Shown: piece by piece, positions 51,100 to 64,000 of the stretch
How positions within the stretch are numbered: the stretch's first letter is position 1
How the letters are laid out: each line of letters begins with the position of its first letter
DNA from: Eledone cirrhosa
Taxonomy: Eukaryota
Direction of reading: 5' to 3'
Assembly: GCA_964016885.1 (NCBI GenBank)
Contig: OZ024746.1
Span: 101,990,001-102,054,000 of the forward strand
DNA: 64,000 nucleotides
The notes under the pieces: model-generated
Databases searched by the model: none
The model's input: the letters and a program-made list of their open reading frames with translations, nothing else
What the model was told of the DNA's origin: nothing
Translations under genes and position numbers: made by a program

Positions 51100-52303
51100 C
51101 TGGAGTATGTAATTTTCAGTAGTCACAAGTTCAGATTATTAGAAGCTACTGTATAAAAGAACAAGGTTAGAAATTGGCTCAGTTCCAAACACCTCCAGTG
51201 AAAGAAATTTTTCTAATCATCAGATTAATTTTTCTTTCTTATTGTAAAAGTTAGAGCAGTAGCTATGAATTAATAGTTATACATAGTATATTCTATGGCA
51301 CACTAAACTGAACCAGACAAAGCAAAACAAAAAGCTTCTAAAATTATGATGGATTCATTGTCTACATTTCCTCTCCTTTGACAGTTAAACATTATAATTA
51401 TTCAACAAGACTAAATATATACATTTTATATGTTGGCAGGGTTTCTTCAGCTGGATGCCTTTCATAATGCTAATCACTTTACAGAGTGTACATTACAATA
51501 TGGCACCAACACTAAAAAGGTTGTCATGTGCTTGGCAAAACTGAAGAGTCCTTTCTACCCTGTATTGTCTCACTCTACAGTGTCTACCGAGTCCTTTCTT
51601 TCATAGCACCAACACTAGAAAGGTTTCCAAAACCTCAACAAAACCAAGGAGTTTTTTCTACCCTATGTTGTCTTGGCTCTAACAACTTTACATGGAGTAC
51701 TCATCTTGACAAACACTGGAGTAATTGCCCAGTTTACCTCAGGCCAAAAGGGATCTTTCCACTCCATACAGCCCTCCATTTCCCACATTTACTTCCAACA
51801 TCATAATACTATGTTTTTTTAACTATATGTCATTTTTATATATAATTTACATATACATACTTACATACATATATATCTATATATGTGTATGTATGTAAGT
51901 ATGGATATCTATCTATCTATCTATCTTCTGGGATGGACACGTGTTAAATTTGCTCGGTAAGTTTTGTTTAAATTTCTTTAGAAATTCGTCATTGTGAACT
52001 ATAAATTTTTATACCAATTTGTAGAGGGCTTGACAGGTCAAAATTTGATCTGGTCAGTCTCCCAAAATATCATGGCCTTCAGGGCAAAAACATCCAAAAT
52101 ATTTTTGAAAAAATTTTTTTTGCAAAACACTTCAATTTTTTTTAAATGGCTGAAGCAAAGGTACCTACTTCTTTGTCAAAACAAGAAGATGGGAAGGGAA
52201 AGCCATGCCTACTTGACCAGCAGGTAGTAGCAGACATGGACAAAGGAATGCCAACATTATCGCTTCAACATTTAGAAGAGGAACAAGCTTCAGCTGCTTT
52301 TAA

Positions 52304-52523
52304 CCCTTTAGTGTTCAAACCGGCCAAAACCGGCCAGAATTCTCTACCTCTTTCTGTTGAAACTGGCTGTAACTGGTAACTCAAACTGATGTTAAGGTAT
52401 TGTTCTCAAAATAAATACTTTCAAAATCTCAGATTCGATATTATGTGTGATAATTATGTGAGGTAATGCATTTACCATGAAAATATAATAGTATATATAT
52501 AGAGTAATGTGAATGCTAAAGGG
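52304..52523. mobile_element. TTAA-flanked piggyBac-like MITE
   Basis: TTAA|CCCTTTAGTGTTCA ... TGAATGCTAAAGGG|TTAA. Confidence 0.75.
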
Positions 52524-52739
52524 TTAAGCAACTGAACAGGCCTGACGTCACAAACGTCACATGTATCCACACACAGAAGGAAGTATGTGTAGCAAACACT
52601 AACACCACCACAATAAATGAGAACAACAACAACAACACAACAAAAGGAATCAGTGGCAACAACGAATGAGACCATCATCACCACCAACAACAACAATAAC
52701 AAAATTTCATTTGCAGCAACAGGATTTTAAATACTACTC

Positions 52740-55700
52740 CATGGACATTTCCCAAAAGTCCCAATATTTGGAAGAAGCTTCCAACTTTGACGTTTGAGGG
52801 AGACTCCCCCCCCCCCCACACACACACACATACATACCCCCACAAGTAAGAGAAATGACACAGAAAAAGAAGCTAATTTATAGAACAGTTGACATCAGTA
52901 CCAAAAAACCCATAACACTCCCAACAAGCACTATCGAAGCTGCACTAAAAGACATCAAGCCAGACGTGGCATACCTCCAAAGAGGTAAACTGTATGGAAG
53001 TGTGTCAGTGCTCTTTAAGAGCGAAACTCTGGCACAAAAACACTCGGTTCCCCCAATAAAAACAGATCAACACATCTTCCCCACATACATGGGAAGAAGA
53101 TCCTACAAAATAAAAATAACCAGGATCCCAGCAGAGGTCAACATATGGTGGATCCTACGCTGCATCCTGAAGAAGGATGAGGACACCCTCCTATCTGTAG
53201 ACAGGACAGACCGGCATAACTGGTTTGGAACCTGCATCGAGGTTCTGGTACAAATGAGGCCAGAGAGAGTTGAGAAAAGACCTCAGTGCCATAAGTGTGG
53301 GAAAACCACACACTTAAAGGCCTTTTGCCCTCTCTTAAACAAACCGAGGACAAACAAGGTGTTATTACCAACACTCCAACATCAACACTCCAAACCAAAC
53401 AACACAAACACCTGCAACATCCACTCCCTCACCACCACAGACTAGAGACAACCACACACACAAAATCCCACTGAAAAACCCTCCATTGCTTCTCCCCCCC
53501 CCCCCCTGTCAAATACGTCCATAAACACTCCACCATACAACATACCCCTCCCATCTACCCCTGATTCAGAAGTCTCAGATACGGGAACCTCTACATCTCC
53601 AAGTGAGAATGAAGAGGAATCCCAAAATCCAAAAAACATCTACAGAAAACACGCACACACCCAACCCTACCATAAACACACCGCCACAAACGACAAACAC
53701 ACCAACAACACAACCAAACACTTCACCAACAAAACAAACACCCACACCAACACAATCATAAACCCCAACCACAAAAAAAAAACTACAAACAGAAACGGTA
53801 CACATAAAAAACAACACACTACACATACATAAAAACAAGAAACAAAGAACCGGTGGAAACTGTCCGAAAGGACCCCACAATACAAACGGAAGGGAAAACC
53901 TTCCCCACCAACGACCCACCCCTAAAACCTCAAACTTATCAGGTTAACAACCCTACAGTATGAAACTTTAAAAGAGAAATTCCCACATGATGTGGGCCCT
54001 CCTTGCCAAAAGCCCCTTAACCGTGTCCTGCTAAAAGGATTCCCTCTCTCCCCAAACACCACCAATCTGGACATGGAGATCGAACAACCCGACCTCCAGG
54101 AAACGAAAAGGTAACTGTTCCTGCCTTTTCTCTCCTTAACTCTTCTTCACCAACATGGCGACTATACAAGCTGGATGTTTGAATATAGGTGGCCTGGGCA
54201 TGTCCTGGAAACAGGGCCAGCTTTTAAATGATCTCAGGTCACATTGTATAGATGTGATAGCCATCACCGAGTCCAGGATTCACGACAAGCAGCAGCTAAC
54301 CCCCATGTTTAATGATTTTGAGATCTATGTATCTCTGTCAGCCAGGAGGTGGAGTTGCTGTTGTTTCGAAAAAACTTGGCTCGCAAAATACAGACGATTC
54401 ACTTGGACCCGGAGGGCAGCCTGGTGGTCCTGGACGTGAATGGTAGTGAAGGTGGGGCTTTCAGACTGGTGGCCGTATGACTGGGACATCGCGACCAGAG
54501 TTCTTCAAGTATCTGGAGCCATTCCTGGGAACGTCTCGCTCCTTAGTGTTAGCGGGGGACTGGAATGGCATCTTAGACGCATGTTGGGACTATGTAGGAG
54601 CTTGTGATAATAGAGGGGGGGTGTAATAGCCTCAAAAATCTCATCAGCCAATTCCAACTGGCTGATAGATATCGACTAGACTTCCCAAGTGCACCACTAT
54701 GGACGTGGAGCAACCGCACTGGGTCTTCTAGATCGTATTTAGATAGATTTTTAATTAGACAGAATGATAAGGAAACATGCCTATTCAGACCACAAATTAG
54801 TCACCTGCGTAGTCAACCTTGATAGAACACAGACAGGGACCCGGACACTGGAAGCTAAACATGTCGCTCCTGGCGCTTAAGGCCTACAGTAAACAGATTA
54901 GCACCTTAGTTAAGTGCCAGTTGACGGGGGTGATCATCAACAACAGGGAAATTAGAATAGAATCGATAGCATTTAACAAGGAAGTAGCTTTAGAAAAAAA
55001 CAAAACGGAAAAGGATCTGGTAGCTAAAATAGAAGAGGCACATAGGAATGGCAGTACAGCTGACGTGCTAGCGGCGAGAACGGCACTAGACCAGTTCTTC
55101 AACGTGAAACACGAAGGTTGTATTGTCAGAAGTAGAACACGTGCTCTAAGAATCGAGGGAGCCAAAGCTGTTAGCTGGGCCCGAGTGGCAGAGGCGAAAA
55201 GTGGCAACAAATCCACAATTCGGTCTTTGCAAGACAAAGATGGACGCATTATACTTGAATCCAAGCAGATGTGCACGGCCTTCCAGCAGCATTTTGCACA
55301 AGTGTTCGGGCAAAGCGGTACATCGAGCGAGGTGATGGACTTCAGCTCCTACATCGACTCTCGAGCACGGATGCGGAGAGCTGAGAAAGACCGATCACAG
55401 AGGGCGAAATAGAAGATGCCCTAGACCGCTGCAGGAAACGCAAATCACCCAGTTTAGATGGTCTACCCTATGAGTTTTAGATAGGCATGCCAGACTTGTT
55501 CTCTGGCGTCCTCGAAGCGGTCTACTGCAACTGGCAGCAGAACGGGAGGATTCCCAGTTCTGTAGGCAGATGAGAACAAGGGGGATGAGATAAGCAATTT
55601 CAGGCCCATAACTCTGCTCAACACAGAGTTAAAGATTTTGGCCAAGGCTGCGCTTGTTAGCAGCAAGGCTGGCGCTTGTCGTCGAGAACCTGGTAGGGGA

Positions 55701-56880
55701 AGCCCAAACGGGTGCAATCCCGACCAGGTCCATTCACGACAACCTCCACCTCATGCGATACATCATAGAGAGGGTAGGGTGTAAACCTGGCTTCGGTGGG
55801 GCTCTGATCAATTTAGATCAGTCTAAGGCATTTGATAGGGTCGACCAATACTTGGAAGCAGTTCTCAAGGCGGCCGGCTTCGGTCCCGTCTTCAGAGGCT
55901 GGATCGCTGCCATGCACACCAGCATCTGCTCAGCAGTCAAGGTGAATAGCTACCTATCAGAACCATTCCAAATCATGCGTTCCATCCGTCAGGGATGCCC
56001 TCTCTCCTTCATTCTGTATGTACTGACTCTCGAGCCATTACTGCGGAAAGCAGCGTCAGCTTATGCTGACGACATAACCGTAATGGTGTCGAAAACCTCG
56101 GAAATCAGGGTAATCTGCAACCTATTACACGAATACGAAACGTTGACAGGAGCAAGACTAAACCCAAACAAGTCTGTCAGTTTGCAACTCGGCACATGGA
56201 GAGGCAAACCCATGCCTTCCGACAGTGTCGTTGGACGCTGGACGGAAGGACCGGTGAAATTGCTCGGGGTCTGGTTCGGTCCAGACCTCCAGGTGGACAA
56301 GAACTGGAACGAGGTCACGGCGAAGGTGTTTGCTCTCAAACAGAAGTGGGCTGAGTGAAAACTGTCCTTGAAAGGTCGAGCGGAGGTAGCGAACACTTAC
56401 ATAGCGTTCGTCATCTACTACCGCTTGACAGTCGTGCCTTGCCCCCGCGAATATCTTACCAAAATGGAACGCCTACTCTTCAATGCACTGGGGCTACGCC
56501 ATCTCCAGGTATTCCTGACCGGTGAACTAGTGTGGCTGTCGTTTGTGAGACAAGCTCTTCCACAACTCGTCTCACTAACAGAGCTGCAGTCCTGGGTCAA
56601 GCTAAGACCGAAAATGGGTGCCTGGCACTTCGAGTGCCTACAGGTGCTCACAGCCCTCTACCAAGCGGAAACGGCAATCAGCAGAGACTCTACTTCGACA
56701 TTCTATAGGGGATTAGTGGAGGATAAGTGTGATGAAGTTCTCGGGGAAACTCTAGGCATCGAGGAGGACGAACTGACCAGTCTGTTTGGGAGGACTTTCC
56801 GTCCAGGGCCTATGGATAACTTCCAGAGGTCTCTGGCCTGGCAGTGCTACCGAAGAGCTCTACCAGTTCGAGACAAAATC
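52740..56880 (+). mobile_element. Tx1/L1-clade LINE, two-ORF, decayed and 3'-truncated; antisense in the Rab7 intron
   Basis: ORF1 with CCHC knuckle CHKCGKTTHLKAFC. ORF2 from ATG 54155: GCLNI, AITES, AGDWN, YLDRF, WKLN, DQSKAFDRV, RQGCPLS, YADD. Confidence 0.92.
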
Positions 56881-57149
56881 TAACCTCTAATCTGTACCTT
56901 TTCTTCCTAGATACTTCTCAATTCTCATTATTACTCACCACAATATATCCTTACCCTTTTAAATACTTTATAATATCACCTTGAAAAATCTTTCGTAAAC
57001 AAACATTTTTTTAAAGTTAGATTATTCATCCTCAATTCATTATTTTTTCTCCCTTTCATGCTCATCTAACTTATACATATTACACATATTCATCCATTCA
57101 TCCACTCTTCGACCTCTTTTCACAATATATCCTTAATTATTTAGCGGTA

Positions 57150-57689
57150 TTAGTTGTAGATGTTATCGTCACTTTAGCAGGGTGGTAGAATCAGTGGTCA
57201 TTAGTTGCTAGTGTGGTAAGTGATAGTATCCTCGTTGGATTATCTTGTTGACATAGACGAGAGGGAAGGTCCCTCGATCTATTTACCATCTATTCACAAT
57301 ATTCCTTTCGTCAGGTCGCCAATTCCAGCAGCATGGATTAAAGATGTTATTGAGACACGAGTAACATAACAACTTCAACCGCAGTAATTAGAGATGAAAT
57401 GTTTGTTTATTTATATGGTTGAAGTTACAGATACAAAGAGGTTACAAAATGGAATGTGCCATTGCGCCGTTAAGCCGGCGAAGCTAGTGGTGCAATATCT
57501 CACCGTTACATTATGCGTGTTGCTGGCTCGAAGTTTCTGGTACAAGAGCGAGATTCTTCAAATCTTCGCGGTGAATTTCTTCCTCAGGGCGCGTAGGGAT
57601 ACATCCTCTTCTACTGGCGCTGATTGGCTGAACTGAGCCAAATCACGCACAGAGAATGTATGTGAGCCCGCGGAATGTAGGTCACTACA
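57150..57689 (-). mobile_element. LTR (57345-57689) with adjacent PBS-like leader
   Basis: Minus: TGTAGTGACC...AATAAA...TCAATAACA, then TGGCGACC ~25 nt downstream. CpG-rich. Confidence 0.5.
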
Positions 57690-58839
57690 ATTACATTACT
57701 ATTGTTATATTTTTGATAATACATATCAACAATTTCTTTCCATCGCACATATTATTAAACCCTTAAATATTATTCTTAATACATATTAACAATTTCTTTT
57801 CATCGCATATATTATTAAACCCTTCAATATACAAACCTTAATTTAACATTATTCTTAAATTTTTCTCTTCGTTAATTTTCAAATTCTTTTAATTTATATA
57901 TTATCTTCCAACGGTTTTTTAACCTCTCTATGTAAAACAATATATTTTTCTCAGTTATAAAAGCTCTCTCTCTCTCTCTATCACCCATCTCTCCTCCTAT
58001 CTCATCCTTCCTTATTATACTCCTCCTCCTCCATTCTTTACTCTCATCTCCCCCCCCCCCCTCAATTTTTTTCCCAATATCACATCAATCTAAAACTACT
58101 TTTCATATGTTGATTTAAAACTGCACTATTCACAAGTGTTTTTTAACCTTCATATGTCTCCCTATTTTATCTGACGAAAACGCACCCCTCCTTTTCACCG
58201 CCCACCCCACAACTAACAATACTAACACCTCCACTCCACCCCTCATCCGACCACCCTTCCCCAACTAACATACCTCCCTTCTCCTCCCCCTCCCCTCCTT
58301 ATCACACGCACACACCCACCGGCACATATATACACGCGCTCATACTAAACACACCCTACTACCACCACTAACCCTCACCCCCACACATCCATCCCACCAC
58401 CCCGCAACTAACATCACTAACACCCCCTGACCCCAAGCACACACGCACCCACCCCACACGCAACTAACATCACTAACACCCCCCAACCCCACACCCTCGT
58501 ACACCACCAACTCTACACACCCTACCACCACTAACCCCCACTCATACCTGCATTCAACCCTTTCTCCACCTCCCGTATACTAACACCCACTAACACCCCC
58601 TTCATCAAACTACACACACACCAGTACACCACACTCTCTCCATCGACCCCCACACCCTTCTCTCCCCGCTCCACCCACACCCTTTCTCCACACTCACTCA
58701 TCCCACTAACACCTATACTAATACACACACACCCTCCTCACTCCAACTTTCACACCTACCCATCCTCACCCCTTTACCATTCCACCCGACTGCTGCTATG
58801 CTCTCTGACCACCTCCCAGCACACAGACACACAGCACTC

Positions 58840-59565
58840 CTACCGCCTTGACCACTTCCTGTTGCGCGCGCACCCCACATCTCTCCATGGATTACTTGTA
58901 TGTGGAGCTTGACCGCGGAATCAACTACCATCCTAGGAGTTTACCAACCTTTCAACCACATCTTACGGAATCACCTTTATAACTGACCCACACACACACC
59001 CCAAAAAAATTTTTTTTTCCCACACGCCACCTACAACACGCTTAAACCCCACACACACGTGCTTTGCACCACATATTTACACCTTCAGCCTCCGGATTTC
59101 TTTCCCCCCCACCCCTCTATCCACACACGCACACACACTCCGACCTACAACCCACCCCACACACACCTCTTCCTGAACATGCAACCCCGTTCTTCCCCAA
59201 CCCTTGCTTTCACATACACACACACACACCACCTTCAGCCCTCCCCGCTCGGACACCCCGTCTCCCTCTCCCCACTCAAACCCTACACCCTTCCACCACC
59301 TGTTTTACCCCATTTTAATTTTATTTTATTTTGATCATGCTTTTATTTTTAATTTCATTCGAACCGTTTCCTCCCGCCCCCTTTTCGCTATATGTCTCTC
59401 CACCACTCCCCTACACACCCTTTGAACTCTCTTCCCACACACTTTTCACCTGAAGAAGGGCTTATGCCCGAAACGTCGTTCCCCACCACCACCCCACTCT
59501 CCAGAGCGTGAAATTAATAAACATTCGTTGTACTGCCTGTTTTGTTCCTGTTCAAATTTTCCATT
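58840..59565 (+). mobile_element. Penelope-like element 3' remnant/pLTR
   Basis: Decayed LPVAR..LLVCG..ILGVYQPF, a hammerhead motif, then AATAAA and a T-rich end. Confidence 0.6.
59447..59480 (+). ncRNA. Minimal type I hammerhead ribozyme (Penelope type)
   Basis: CTGAAGA-A-GGGC TTAT GCCC-GAAAC-GTC: intact core, palindromic ACGT stem III, predicted cleavage after 59477. Stem I is only ~2 bp. Confidence 0.75.
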
Positions 59566-59792
59566 ATATATACATATATACATATATATATATACATACA
59601 TACATATATATATACATACATACATATATATATATACATACATACATATATATATACATACATACATATATATATACATATATACATATATATATACATA
59701 TACATATATATATATATATATACATATATATATGTATATATATATATATATATATGCATATATATATATATATATATGCATATATATATATA

Positions 59793-60400
59793 TGGTGGCT
59801 GCCAACTCGTTTTCGAGTACGGCCACTACTTTATATCCATGTAGGAGAACCCCTACCGATGCGCTGAACGAGTGACTTTTTAGTCCAGCCAGGGACTTGA
59901 AAACTCTGGTACAAACACTACACTTGTGACAATTATTGACACATAGTGCTGGGCCCATGGTACCATGTGACGACAAGTGCAGAGAGATCTCCAGATATAA
60001 AGCAATGCCTGTGCCGTGAAGCTTTTATAGTGAGCAAAGGCACTGCACAAAGCCAGTCCCACTCTCTTAACCAAGATGATATTTACCAAAAAGAAGAACA
60101 AGTCAACATCATTGGATACCATCAGGGTTGCAGGTGTTATATCAGAGTTTTCCTTCTCCTAGAATTCTGCCTTGACAAAGGCTAAGGGGTCATCTCTCCC
60201 GGTGATTTTGGATGGCCATTGACTCTTAAGAGCTCCTTTGCCCTTTGACAGGTTTTGTTTTTAGTCCTGCAGGATGTCCAAAGTCACCCTCCTCACCAAG
60301 AAACCTTGGTGGGGTTGCCAGTTTAGTCGCCAACGACCCGACCATGGGACAGGTTGTACTGGGATACATGTTACCAGTAGCACCAACTGGTGACCTGACA
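59793..60400 (-). mobile_element. Short non-autonomous RTE derivative (structured 5' leader + C2H2 3' end) inserted in (TA)n
   Basis: Minus: leader with AGGAGAAGGAAAACTCTG, then [19 protein letters not shown]. Flanked on both sides by TA-rich repeats. Confidence 0.6.
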
Positions 60401-60935
60401 TATATACACACATACATACATATATATATACACACATACATACATATATATATATACACATACATACATATATATATATACACATACATACATATATATA
60501 TATACACATACATACACATATATATACACATACATACATATATACACATACATACATATATATATATACACATACATACATATATATATATACACATACA
60601 TACATATATATATATATACACATACATACATATATATATATATATACACATACATACATATATATATATACACATACATACATATATATATATACACATA
60701 CATATATATATATATACACATACATACATATATATACACATACATACATATACATATACATACACATACATACATATATACATATATACACATACATACA
60801 TATATACATATATACACATACATACATATATATATATATACACATACATACATATATACACATATACACATACATACATATATATATATATACACATATA
60901 CACATATATACATATATATATATATATACATATAC

Positions 60936-61002
<67 letters not shown>

Positions 61003-61413
61003 CACATACATACATATATATATATATATATACACATACATACATATATATATATATACACATACATACATATATATATATATATATACACATACATACA
61101 TATATATATATATATACATACACATACATATATATATACATATACACACATACATACATATACACATATACACACATACATACATATACACATATACACA
61201 CATACATACATATATATATATATACACACATACATACATATATATATATACACACATACATACATATATATATATACACACATACATACATATATATATA
61301 TACACACATACATACATATATATATATACACACATACATACATATATATATATACACACATACATACATATATACATATACACACATACATACATATATA
61401 TATACATATATAC

Positions 61414-61465
<52 letters not shown>

Positions 61466-61539
61466 ATATACATATATATATACATATACATATATATATA
61501 TACATATATATATGTATATATATATATATATATATATGC

Positions 61540-61575
<36 letters not shown>

Positions 61576-61577
61576 GT
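60400..61577. repeat. (TA)n/(CA)/(CATA) compound microsatellite
   Basis: Direct reading. Confidence 0.97.
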
Positions 61578-61701
61578 ATATTGAAATATTGAATGTCTGC
61601 ATAACTAAAAGTTTGTAGATAGCTGTTTTAGGTTATGTAACTGTTATAGAAACACGTGTCAATAAATTCCTTTCAACTAAACTGTATCCATTCAAATCTT
61701 T

Positions 61702-64000
<2,299 letters not shown>

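Noticed and set aside
56885-56920. Minus-strand SRKK as Rab7 exon 1
   Set aside because: It continues RYRLE, not VLLKVIILGDSG, and has no start codon.
58180-58840. C/A-rich tract as telomeric or coding sequence
   Set aside because: No TTAGGG periodicity and no meaningful ORF; low-complexity sequence (G-rich on the minus strand).

Overview
AT-rich, repeat-dense animal genomic DNA. It is most consistent with an octopus-like cephalopod, inferred from the RTE/CORE-SINE/Meta-type SINE repertoire and the giant (TA)n arrays; this is not verified. Two host genes are recognisable: COA4 (single coding exon, +, 6714-6935) and Rab7 (-, three coding exons at 47741-47867, 44685-44903 and 43086-43304). The first ~53-nt Rab7 coding exon was not found and probably lies beyond 64 kb. 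The rest is a layered TE landscape: a nearly intact PHD-finger-containing RTE LINE plus many decayed copies, a second RTE family, Tx1/L1-like LINEs, an R4/Dong-like RLE fragment, Gypsy LTR fragments, Penelope-like elements with minimal hammerhead ribozymes, Helitrons, TTAA MITEs, tRNA-derived SINEs, and mini/microsatellites. The most notable unexplained signals are: (i) a modular, tandemly repeated GNRA-hairpin + H-type pseudoknot RNA unit with covariation in the shared RTE/SINE 3' tail; (ii) the PHD finger embedded in the RTE reverse transcriptase; (iii) a highly structured RTE 5' leader; (iv) several fold-back inverted repeats and a CpG-rich 27-bp higher-order minisatellite inside the Rab7 transcription unit.
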